From Ruditapes philippinarum (lineage: Eukaryota): a stretch of 64,000 nucleotides of DNA. Positions 11,275 to 23,940 of this stretch are shown here, in pieces (positions within the stretch are counted from its first letter, which is position 1; every line of letters begins with the position of its first letter). The stretch lies in assembly GCF_026571515.1 (NCBI RefSeq), contig NW_026866846.1, positions 124,001 through 188,000 on the forward strand, read 5' to 3'. Below the pieces are notes generated by a model that worked only from the letters and a program-made list of their open reading frames with translations, did not search any database and had not been told where the DNA came from. The position numbers were made by a program, and so were the translations under genes.

Positions 11275-14200
11275 GGTGACAACAGACACTTTCCGTGGTA
11301 CTCACATAAATGTCATTTAAACCAAGTTATTTTAGTAATAATTGTTATTTATTTAATCTTTGTGCATTAAATGTCGTTGATCATCATAAAAAATAACATA
11401 TTTGAAAAACATGCCTTTGTAAATGATTGATTTTGAATAAAAATTCTAAAATTTTAAATCGTCATATCAAAGTCAATTTTTATTTTTTTGTCATCAAACG
11501 TTTGGAAAATAACCATACTTATATTATCTAGGGAACCGTGTCTCAATTTTTTCTATCTTTTCTCAAAAAAATATTACATAACGTCAAACATTTTATGCGA
11601 CTTTTTTCACCATACATATTACGTTATTAAAGATAATTAAGTCGCTGATTGAGCAAACAAAAATCCCTGACACGGTTCCCTCCGTAAATAAATTTCCTTT
11701 CATGTGCTTTAAACCGCATGTTAATTGCTTGATTATTAAAAAAGTTATGCCGATTCAAAGTTAGTCCGACACGCATCAAACGAAGTGTCATAAATCGGCT
11801 GTTCTCTCTCGGACCCCCACGTTTCACGCTAAATAATTGCATAATACACAAATATCGCACCAGAGAGGGTCACAAGTTGCGGTAACATACTCTAACAACA
11901 TTTTATGACCCAGTGACATATGACCAATTAAAAAGCTGCTGTTTAATATCAGTTTATAGCCGAAATTTCTTCAATTCTTAATGTGATTTACTGTTCGTCT
12001 GGCATCTTTCGCACATGTCACGTGACTATCGGTAAAATTTGAGGCACTCAGTGGGGAGAAATGGAACGCATTTGCGCACCGCTAGCGGGGTATTTAATTG
12101 TTTCCTTTTTGAAGTGTATTATTATTATCAGCAGCATTATTATTGTATTATACCAGTGTCCCTCTGCCTGTGTATTCGTGTATGAAATTCCGTTAAAATA
12201 TAAAATAAAATAACAACAAACTGAACTACTGACAGTCTTTTAAAGTCCATGGTAGATGTACAAATAAGAACGGGAAATTATATATTTTTTCCACCAAATT
12301 GATAATGCTTCACATAATTTAATAGAAATAAAAGGTATTACTCGATCATTATGATCTGGCCTTCTTGACTTCTATTATCATGAATATCATCTATGCACGG
12401 CATAGAGATCTAGTTTCTACCGGGATAGACAATAAATTACATACTTTGTCCCAGATTTATTAGTACTGTGTCCGATTTACTGGCGAACAATTTATTTTCA
12501 CTGAGGATATATTTTAATATCTTTTTTTTATTCATAGAGAAATAATCATCCTTAGATAATCTAAAATGGTTTAGAAATTTGTCAGGAACACCTTACCACA
12601 AGTCATATAGGCGTCCACATAAAAAATGTTGTCTGTTTTTGTTGTTGTTTTACTTGACATTGTTAGAAAACGAGGTTGAATGTAAAGTAAGCCCTTGAAT
12701 CCGTACATAAGTCTATCAACTCAATGTTTCAAGTTTTATTTACATATTCTCTGTTTGCATACATACAAATACAAGAGAAAATACATGTCAATTATTTTAC
12801 ATACAAATAGTCACATGCATAGCAGAGAGCAACACAAAGTTCTAATACAGTTCATTCATAAGAATTATTAACGAAAATTAAACAATTCAGACACATACTG
12901 CAGTATAGAAAAAATAATGTTGTTTTTTTTTTTGCCCTTTTTTACCTACATTTTAATTCAGTGCAACAGTACCCTAGTAATTAAGTAACTGAGAATGCCT
13001 ATAAATAGATTTGTCGCATGATTAAATCGGGTCATTAGGTTCGGACAGGTGTGGACGGCACGTGAAGTAACAATAGAAGTGTGCAGTTGTCGTTAAGAAA
13101 AAAATGTTTATTTTATTGATTTATGTTGGATGTTTAAAAATATAAAATGCCAAAAATCTATGAGTTTCAATGTTGGAATTTAATTAAGATGGAAAAAAGC
13201 AAAAGAGTGTGTCATTCAGTTGGTGTTTAAGTGTTTGTCAGTTTGATATCTGACTTATCTATATTGAACAGAAGTGATATTATTCTGTTTGTGGATTTAC
13301 GTGGGTGCGTGACCTTTTGAACATGCAATGTAAGTTTTTTTTTTTTAAATTACTTTTGTGATTTAAGCAGTGTTGTAGGCCTATTGTAGATAGTAGTTTT
13401 TTGTTTTTGTTTTTTTCATCACTGTTCATGGATATAGATATATCCTGGTAAAATATCTTTGATTTGGTTGTAGTACATTTGCTTTGTATTGCCTTTACAG
13501 ATCTATTTCCATGTGTAGACACATGCTTTTACTTATTACTTTGTAAAAGCATAATGAATGGAAATAATAAAAGGGATACATTATATGTCAGAGCTCTTTT
13601 TTTTGCGAAACGAAATTATCAAAAGAGCATTTGATATATGAAATTTAGGTTGCTTTTTATTATTTTTTTTTTAATTTATTTATTTATAGATATATTTTAA
13701 TCTTTATTGGAACATAATTGATATTTCATTCTCACTAAAGGCATTAATAAGTGTAACCTAATCAAAAGATATAAGTGCTTGGTTGCTTTGCCTTGTAAAT
13801 GTCCCACCCCCCCCCCCCAAAAAAAAGGGGGGTGGGTGGGAGCTTTTAACAATATATTGACATTTTGACATTAAATTTTAAAAATAATAATGTGCATCAT
13901 AAGAAGAAGTAGGTAATGTAATATGAAATATATTAAATAACAAACACAAAAACATGGTACATACCAGTCAAAAATAGTTTAAAGATCAAGCATACAGGCA
14001 TATATCTACAAATATATTTAACATGGTGAACATATATACACATATACAAATTTATCAATTAATTTCTAAACAATTTCATGATACAGTCCATAAATTTGCC
14101 TAATCTTATTAATTCCTGTTTATTTTCAATGTTTAAGAGTTGGGAGAATTTTAAAATATTTGGATTCCTGTAATAATATGGTTTAATAAATTTTTTTCTT

Positions 14201-17200
14201 TCTTCACATAAGAATTTGCAATTGAAAATGTAATGAAATTCATCCCCTACTTCATTTAAATTACATAATGTACATTTTCTTTCTGTATATGGTACTCCTG
14301 TCCATCTTCCTACTTCCACTGGGAGCCTATGATTTCTTGTCCTAAAACTTGTGATAATTTTACAAAAATAATTAGGAAGAAAATTAAGATACTTATTTGT
14401 GCCAAATTCATTTTTAAATAGTTTATAATTAATACTGCATGTTGATTTGGTAACTAAATCATTCCATTCTTGTAAGTACTGGTCATTAATCTTTTGTTTA
14501 AAGGCAAGAGGGAACCATTTTCTATTCATTTGAATTTGTTGCTGCCATATATTTCCAAATCCATTTTTTGTAACTAAGTCTTTTATATGCATTAACCACT
14601 TTGATTTTAATTTACCCTGATCATGTAATCCATATAGAGTTAAATACATATTGTTAGATAATTTGTTGCTTGTTATATCAGTCAATTTACACCAAAAATT
14701 AATAATTCTACTATTAATGTCTATTTGAAGAGGTTTTACTCCTAATTCACCATATATCATGTATGAAGGTGTTGTCTTTTTAAGATTGAGTATCATTTTA
14801 AAGAATTTTAGTTGTATTTTTTCAAGTTCTTTACTGCCTGAAAATCCCCATATCTCACAGCCATACAACAAGATGGGTTTAATAGCTTTATTGAAGAGGT
14901 TGACTTGTAAATCAATGGTCAAGTTAAGAGACCTAATCTTTTTTTGTAATGAAAACATAGCTTTATTTGCTTGATCAGCTATATGTTGTTTAGTTTTTTT
15001 TAAACTTTTAGTCCGTGAAAGATAGAGACCTAGATATTTATACTCATTTGTTGTTTCTTATATGGTTTCATTGAATTTAAAATAGTTGTTATATTTTTTG
15101 CTTCTTGAGTCAAATATGAGTACTTTAGTTTTTTGAGTAATTACTTGAAGTTTCCATTCTTTACAGTATTTATCAAATATGTTTAAATTTTCTTGTAAAT
15201 TTTCACTAGTTTCACTCAGTAGAACAGTGTCATCAGCATACAAAATAATAAACAATTTAAAGTACATCCCAAACTCTTTGTGGCTTATTTTACATTCAAT
15301 ACCTTTTACATTTTCACTGCAGAGATAATTTTCAAGATCATTTAAATAAATTGCAAACAATAAAGGTGAGAGATTTTCTCCTTGCCTCACTCCATTCATG
15401 CAGGGGAAAAAATCTGAATATTCATTATTTGATTTGATTCTTGATTTGATATTATGATACATATTCTTGATAACAGTAAAACATTTTCCATTAATATTAT
15501 ATTTCAATAATTTTTGCCAAAGTCCCTGCCTCCACACTGTATCAAATGCTTGCTTAAAGTCTATGAATACACAAAATAATTTCTTTTTCTGTTCAGATAG
15601 TAAATCTATAAGGCAGTTTAGAATAAACAAATTATCAGTTGTAGAGTGAGTTTTTCTGAATCCAGCTTGACAGTTTCCTATCAGGTCATTTTCATCTGAG
15701 AATTTATTTAAGCGATTATTGATTATTGCAGTAAATAGTTTTCCAAAGCAGCTTAGTAGGGTAATAGGTCTATAATTTTCTGGTGATTTTACATCTCCTT
15801 AATTTTTATATATTGGTATGATATTATCTTCAGTCCAGCATTCAGGTATTATACCATTGTCAAGAATCAAATTGAATAGCCTTACATAAATAGGTAGCAT
15901 AGTTTTTATGCTGCATTTAATATGCTCATAAAGAACATTGTCAACACCAGGGCTCTTGTTATTCTTTAATGTTTTGACAGTTTTAAGTATTTCCTCTTCA
16001 GTAATTGCGATATTTATATCTTCATTTATTTCATTTATCCTATTTAATTCTTCATCTCTGGTATCATTTTCTTCATTAATTTCATGACAATTTATAAATT
16101 TAAAATATTGGTAAAGATCTTCTATTTTTGATTGTTGTTAAATATCTTTTTTATTGATATTGTTTATTGTTTTCCAAAATTCTTTTGGATTATTTCCCTT
16201 TATATTTCTTAAATGTTCAATTTTGTTATTTCTGAATGATTTATATGTTGCATTTATTCTATATTTATACTGCTTGCTTACATTCCGTAGTATGGATTTA
16301 TTTCTTTCTGTTTTATTTCTATTATACAATTTGCGTGCAATATGGTATTGGTTCCTACACCTGAAACATTCCTGGTTAAACCAAGGCTTGAAAACATTCC
16401 CCTTTTATTCTTTTTCTTATAAATTTTCTGTGATCCAAATGTGAGTTTACATGTGTTCAAAAATAGGGAGTTAATGTCCTGTACAACTACATCTATATTT
16501 TTCTGAGTGACCATTTTTGAGTCATTTATTGAATTAAGATTATCAATTATGTTTTGTATTTTATTTTGATCTATATTTTTATTAAAGTCATCTGTATTTA
16601 CATTAGTATCCCATAGTTTGGCAAAGCTGTCATTTGATTTTGTACTTTCTGTATTGGTTTTATCAATCACATTTTGTCTAAGACTAAAGGTTAAGACAAC
16701 TGGATTATGGACATCTGAGTAGAGATCAGAAAAAGTCTCTACATGTATATTCTTAATTATTTCAAAAAGCTTTACTGTACACACAAAATAGTCTACCGTA
16801 CTACATCCATTACATGTGGTACATGTATTTAAATAATCAGTTCCAACTCTTCCATTTATGATAAAAAGGTTATTGCTAGCACAAAAATCAATCATCATAT
16901 TACCATATTCATTTACGGTTTTATCAGCTGTTTTCCTTTCTAAAGCAATATTACACTCATTTAATTTGTTCAAAACAAAATTACTGTCATATATAAGATC
17001 ATCATTTCCATTTTGGTGTAAAATAAACTCGTCACATATGATAAAATCTTTTTTTCACCAACACGTGAATTAAAATCTCCAAAAAGGAGTAAAGCAAACC
17101 TATTTGAAATTGGTGTGGCTGTTTTTTGAATTGTGTTTTTATCTTTTGAATGGTTATTATATCTGTTTGTTGTCTTTGCATAGTATACCTTTGTACTGTT

Positions 17201-18536
17201 ATATTCATGTTGAGTTGTTCGTTGAGGGGCACTTCCATTGTTACTGTTCATTTTACTATTTCTGTTTGAGTTTTGCACCATTGTGTTTCTGTCTGGTAAA
17301 TACCTTACATTTTCTATGAATAACTTGTCTCTTACAAGTTTTACTCTTTGTCCTTCATCTTTGGCTTCTTTCATCTTTGGATATAGGGTCTTTCTACGTT
17401 CTTCTATTTCTCTTGGAAATTGCTCTCTTACACCATAGTTTGTGCTTTTGAGTATATCTGGAGCAGCAAATTTTATTAGATCTCTCTGTTTTTGTTCTCT
17501 GAATTTGGCAATAATTGGTCTTGGCTTCAATTGGTTTATCATTTTTTTACCAAGTCTATGAACTCTCTGGAAATTTATATCTTCATCAAACTTCATTTCA
17601 TGTTTGATAAATTCACATAAGGTGTTTTCAGTGTTTTCATACTGGCCTTGTGTCTCTGGTTCCTTGATGTTATAAAATATTAGGTTGTCTTGCATGCTTC
17701 TGCACTGTAGATCAAGTATTGTTTCATTTTGTTCATTTTGGTAATCTTTTACTTCTGTTATTTGTGATTGTAGGTGTGCCATCTGTCTTTCCAGGGCGGT
17801 GATTTTGTTACTGTCTTCTGACCTTTCATAATTGATGTTTTCATATAATTCACTAACAACTTCAATACTATGTTGATATTCATTGATTTGTTTGGTGTGG
17901 TGTTGCATGCTTTCATTCAGGCTATATACTTTTTGCCCCATCATTGTTAAATTTTTTTTTGTTTCATGCATGTCTTGTACTTGATTTTCTATAGTATTTA
18001 TTCTTTCATTTTGGTGTCTTTGTAATATCTATCAGATTAACGGGACAGACAAATTATTTTCACACATTATGGATATTTAAGCAACTACATTTTTAATCAA
18101 CCCCGTGGTCGTGCGATTTGCCGCTATGCTTAATTATTTATGTTTCATACATTTTGTTACGTACATTGGCCGACAATTACTTAATTTTTAAAAAAGGCTA
18201 AATGTTGAGATATTCATTAAAGATGTTCGGTAGTTGTACGATACATGTATTACGAGAAGTATGGACCAGTATGGACCTGTAATTCACGGATATATGGAAC
18301 TACCGATTTCCCTCATTGATGCCTCAACAGGGGGCGGAGCGTTATCGATAATCGACAGGTTACGCGAAAGCAGATACAAATAGAATAGGTACCGTTTTAA
18401 AACGTTTAAAAACACATTTTTCGGACTAACTGCTTCCAAAATTAAATCACGAATGTGTTCAGAAAAGGTTGATAAATCTACTTAGCAAAAAATCTCATTT
18501 AAGGTATTTTCAGTGATAATTGACTCCGTTGTCACC
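11275..18536. mobile_element. Kolobok-like non-autonomous DNA transposon hosting the LINE
   Basis: TTAA|GGTGACAAC at the left end and GTTGTCACC|TTAA at the right end. The interval has no counterpart in the paralogous flank downstream of gene 2 (about 25200-25350). Confidence 0.7.
13675..18025 (-). mobile_element. Degenerate two-ORF LINE (RTE-X/CR1-like): L1-type ORF1, partly deleted APE, frameshifted RT
   Basis: ORF1 16970-17971 has a coiled coil and RVHRLG..PRPIIAKF. APE motifs FGDFNSR and STVDYF..SDVH. RT motifs FIDFKQAFD, GVRQGENLSP and LYADD. C-terminal CTLC..DEFHYIFNC. AATAAA and a (TAAA)n tail near 13675-13708. The clade assignment is tentative. Confidence 0.9.
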
Positions 18537-20973
18537 TTAAGGATTATCTTTGTTTTTTTGTACACATTTTATGAAAATAGAAATATACCTAGTATGAAAT
18601 GAGTAGCTGCAATATTATCTGAGAAAAATGACCTTTACGAATTGTTTGTTTTCTTTGAATTCCTTATCAGTTACAAATTATTTATCTTTAAGTGATTGGC
18701 CTGTCCGTACTCTGTCTTGTGTCCTGTCCTGTTTTTGTTTGGGGTCCTCCTGGGCTCCTTGCCACTGACTTGTTACTGGGTCGGTTGGGGGCTGTGTTCA
18801 TTGGACGCCGCCTTTCCTTGATGATGTTGTTTATCATATTTCAAACAACGACGAAAGGATCATGACAACGGTTCTTTATGTTGATTGTCACATAAATGAG
18901 GTTAAACATAAACAAATTTTAATAAACCAACAAAAAAGTGAGTGTGAACCACAACCTAATTAAAACGAAGGCGGTCGGTCGCGAATGAGTCTATATAGAC
19001 ATATATTTATGTATAAATGCAAATATGCACCAAATCAAACAAGCTTTAATCTTTACTCTGACCATTTTCTACGTCATAAGAAATGTACACATTATTGACA
19101 AATTAAAAAAATTGTAATGAGAAATGGCTATCAGTTTAATTATTTACACTAGCAAACAGTTGAAACAAAATAACCTCCAACAAAATATATACTATAAACA
19201 GTCACAAGAAGCCCTGCCAGAAAATATAAACATATTCAGCTTGAATTCAGGTATATGTCTTATAAAGAAACTTTTTAACTTAGACCATTTCAATCACATA
19301 TGAATGGTACTATAAATCTTACCATAGAAATATTCAAGAAATCTAATGAACGTGTCAATATATCAAAACATGCATAAAACACTGTTTAAAAAACATTTTA
19401 ATATAAGCAACGTTGTTAAGCTTTTACTTTGAGATAATGTTTTTAAATGTAAACTTATTTAGCCATACATATTGCTATCTGCTATTTAAAATCAATTTGG
19501 AGAACAACATTATAAAATTTTATTCTGTATTTTATTGAATAATGAAACAAAACAAGTGGAAGGTACAAGAAAATTGGTCAAATTCGTGATTAACAAAAAT
19601 GGTTTTTTTATTGTTTAAGTTACACTTTGAAACCCAAAAGTACAATACAAATTTTACCATAGATAATTTGATATTGAAATAAAAGGAAATGACAAAAGGT
19701 CCGGTTAAAGCAATGAAGTATACTCATGATGCAAGACAAGCAACTGCAAGAATATATATTGACCTTTTGAAATAACAGAGTTAAAGAAACTGACTATCTA
19801 ACGAAAGCAATGTAGATAGAAAACAGCAACAACAAAGCCCATAAAATAATGTTGACAATAAGCAAGCGATAACTTCATCTAGCTGGCTATTAAAAAACGG
19901 TACTAGAAAATGAAATTCACCAAAGCTTTTTTTTGCTTTTGTGTCTACAGTTCGAACAAACACAATCAAATTATCCAAAGGCTCAAATGCATACAAAATC
20001 GCAAGATATTTTATAGGCTTTGTAACGGATGTCGGCATTAATATTATGAATGTATAACAGTTTGTTATTGTCAGGTGTGATCTTGTTAACAGATTAAACT
20101 CGCATTGTAGATGTAAAACGTTAATTTTTGTAATACTTTTGTATTATTATAAAATTGTTCAGTAAACACTTTGTGAAATACGTATAATAGGATCGCACTA
20201 ACTTGATCTAAAGTCACGAGAAGAGAATATATTCAAGACGTCCTATCGCATAGGCGTATCGTCTCCATTTTTCAGTATCAGGCCGCCATGGTATTATAGT
20301 GTCCCTAATTTTTCCTTACACATGTCATGTAACCAAATTCCACTTCAGACAACATATTTGCATCAATCTGCTTACGGATATGCCATGTATGCATGGATAT
20401 AAAATGACGGTGATACGAATTGCGAAACGCCGTAGCCACAAGAATGAAAAGAGACTACCTACTAGTATTAGATGATGCGATATAATTATAAAGGAACGAT
20501 TCAATGGAACAATATTTTTGTGCGAGTTTAAATCACCCAATCTTTTTAGCATACGTGCTTCGTCGTATCGTTGTGCGTATGTGTTTAGGTATATAACAGA
20601 GCATCGATGCGAAGAAACACTTGCCATGAAGGAACACCGTTCAAAACAAACGTCTTTCAACTGTAATGCACAATTCACTTATCGTTGTCTATTTGCCATA
20701 GATCAACTTCAGCTTGACAGGTAACTGCTACATGAAGACAGTACCACCACGACCACCCTCCCTCCTTTAGTCAATGTGATAATCATTTCTAATTTTTCAA
20801 GAGTACAATGATAAATAGTAAAAAGTAAGAAGTCAACCAACGTCTATAACGTAGAAATTAAAGCTGTCTCAGACTCCGTTTACGTCCGCTAGGACCGGCT
20901 TAAGAACAATTCAACATTTAAACATGAAATGACGAAATTTAAAATCATCTGCAGATTGTTTTATGGCAGTTAT

Positions 20974-21353
20974 TTAAGAAATAATTTAGCCCAAACATTC
21001 ATTTTATCGCTCAATAACATCACTGTCTGGAGTTCGGATGCGAGGAATTATATCACGAGGGCGTAGCCCGAGTGATATAATGATGCGCATCCGAACGATC
21101 GATTTGGATATATTATTTCGATCCTAACACGACATCAGCAATAAATGATGCCGTACCTGATAATAAGCTGAATTGCACCTGATTTGTTTCCGTACTTATT
21201 TTCAGCGCGTCGCATTTTTTGGTGGTTACGTCACATGTATATAATGATTACGTCACAAGTCTAAATATAGAACGTCAACAGTGACTTTGCATAATTACAC
21301 ACACTTTCGGTTCTTCTATGTTCAATAGGGAAAACTGCGGGTCGTGTTAGAAT
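20974..21353. mobile_element. Small hairpin-bearing non-autonomous element (Crypton-like architecture, tentative)
   Basis: Long stem GTTCGGATGCG..ATTATATCAC-GAGGGCGTAGCCCGA-GTGATATAAT..CGCATCCGAAC and an inverted pair CTAACACGAC/GTCGTGTTAG. It interrupts a sequence that is contiguous at about 27285. Confidence 0.6.
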
Positions 21354-22220
21354 ATGGAACCTCCAATGTGACACATTAGAAACAGCATATGGCCCCAAAG
21401 TAACAGAATGAGTTTATCATAACCGAGACAACAATAGCAAAACTATATAAAATTTGAAAGATGAAACCTGCATGTCACAGACAGGGGATCAAAATCTCTG
21501 ATATTGTTTGAAAAATCATTTTAGCACCGATTTTGGAGAAGGTGGATTGTATCAATATCAGGACAAGAAAAATTAACTTTTTGCGTAATTATACACCAGA
21601 GAAAATGTTTCGCGGCTACTTTTCGACATCAGTGTATAAAGATGATTGACAAAAACATTTTTTCTATTGATCTGATACCTAACTCCCAAAGGAATTCCTC
21701 TTCTGTACCCAATCTCAAGTTAACAAAAAAGTAACAATATACAAAAATATATTAAAGTACTTATGTTTTAATGATTAAATTTTCTTTTAAGTAATTATTT
21801 TTGAAGTATACATTATTATAGATTGTGAGACCCTCTTTAACGTAAACATGGCATGGATCACCAAGAAGAAAATAAAGAAATAACCTAAATTTGTTTTCAA
21901 AATTCATAAGCCTCATCATTCTTTTATAAAATGATCATTGTGATTTTTTTTGTGATCTTTAACGACGTCATTCTTTTGGAAACTCATATGAGGTTACGTT
22001 TAAATTAAATACAATTTTCGCAGGCGGAAATCAGCATATTTTGTTTCGCGTTATTTATAAATAACACATTTTATGAATGGTTCTCTTCTCTTACGTAGCT
22101 AAACTATTAAAATACGTAATCATATTTTTGGTTTGTGTTTATTTACTTGATGTATTCATTTTTTAAAAATTCTAAAGCTGTTTTACAGTATGTTGGCCGG
22201 TAATTACCTTTAAATTTAAT

Positions 22221-22340
22221 CATGTTAATTAGTGGTAATTTATTCGTTAATATTGTAATTAGGCGTAAAAACACGATTTCAACCTTATTAAAACGATACA
22301 TCTTATAAAGGCTGTATAAACGTACACATATATAAAGCTG
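22221..22340 (+). promoter_or_regulatory. Proximal promoter of gene 2
   Basis: CATGTTAATTAGTGGTAATTTATTCGTT followed by TATATAAAGCTG. Confidence 0.65.
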
Positions 22341-22406
22341 TATTGGGAAAGTGTCAACATTAAGCATTTTTCTTTATAACAGTAAATATAATACATTTAA
22401 AAAAAA

Positions 22407-22630
22407 ATGGAAGATACTTTAAGCACATATTTTTTCCGAGCTCTAGTAAGTATCAATTGTAACTTTTTTGTGAATGGATTGATGATGTAAATGTTTATCA
22501 ATATTTCGTCATTCTATAAATAATGTAATAACAAATTTCTGCAAGAAAAAATGTTTATTATTTAACAATCTGGAAAACAACCTTTTTACTGAAACAATGA
22601 TATAATATCACCCTAAGTTAAAACAAAATG

Positions 22631-22679
<49 letters not shown>

Positions 22680-23940
22680 AATTACGGATAAATGCAATAC
22701 AAAAGCTTATACCATTCAATGGACACCTTCATTTCGGAATAAACAAAAATGTCTTGTAAGTCAAATTTTTCTACTTTCTAATTTCTATTGTAGAGAAAAT
22801 GTTTAAAATATTCAATACTCTATTACAGACTGTACTCGGAATCTTTGCATTAACAAATGGACAATTCGGTAGGTGAAATATTTGATTTATTTCTAAAAAT
22901 AGTTCCTTTAAAATTAATATTTGTATGTTTTCATGCACATTAAAATGAATATCATCTTTCAGATTACAATAGCTCAAGTCCGGACTTTTTTCCTAATTCA
23001 TAAAACATATTCAAACATATTCATGTTAACTTTAAAATTGTTTGAGTTAAACGATTTCTTTGAGTAGAGTTGTGACTCATACCTTACCTTGCTTTTCAGG
23101 GGGATATGGGAGAAGACGAATTATACCGAGGAGAATATACCCAAGATATCCTATGGGCGGTGGTTTAATTGACCCATATTCTAGAGGATCTATTATAGGC
23201 GATCCTTACGTTGATCCATATATTGGGACTGATACACTTGGAGGTGGCATCTATCCTGGAGGAGGTATAGGTGTTATTGGAGGTCGACGACGCCCAGTTG
23301 TCGTAGATGACAGTTCGAGGAGAAATGCTCAGGATATAAATGTATCAAACAATAATGTTAATGTGGAACGTAGCACAGGTTCAGATAATGTCCATGTAAA
23401 CCAAGGTAAGTGATTCACCTTCTTAATAGTTACTGTAGATTTTATAATCAAAGCTGTACAGATGTATGTTAATGTAAAACAAACAAAAAAACATTCATGA
23501 TATTCAAATATTTTACAAAACGCGTCAAATTAAGTTCCGAACTAAAGCATCTACACAGCAGTCTGGTAAAAGCCTATGTTATGGTTGGAATGTAAAGATA
23601 AAATTCATGTACTATAACATTATCTATGTTACTTAGGATATCATTAATGAACATACATTTAACCAAACATTAAATCATGGATTCATTTCAGAATTCAAAT
23701 TCAGCATTGTTCCTATTAATTATTTCAGTTACAAACACTAGGACTTGTGAGTGTCAAACGGGTCATATAATGGGAGGACAATGTGGTCCATATCAACAAT
23801 GTGTGTCAGATTCATGTAGTGGCGGAGGAGGTAATGGAGTATGTCGGGACACTGGCATTGGCGGTCCCATGATGGGTGGTCCAGTTATGGGTGGCCCAGT
23901 TATGGGTGGTTTTGATGGACATGGTCATGGTGGATGGTGA
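22407..23940 (+). CDS. Cluster gene 2 (198 aa, 4 exons), paralog of gene 1; probable chimera
   Basis: Exons 22407-22445, 22829-22868, 23100-23405 and 23729-23940, GT-AG, phases 0,1,1, 597 nt open. Starts MEDTLSTYFFRALTVLGIFALTNG|QFGGYGRRR. TATA at ~22330. Confidence 0.9.
22634..22677. repeat. (ATTT)n microsatellite in intron 1 of gene 2
   Basis: Direct reading. Confidence 0.95.
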
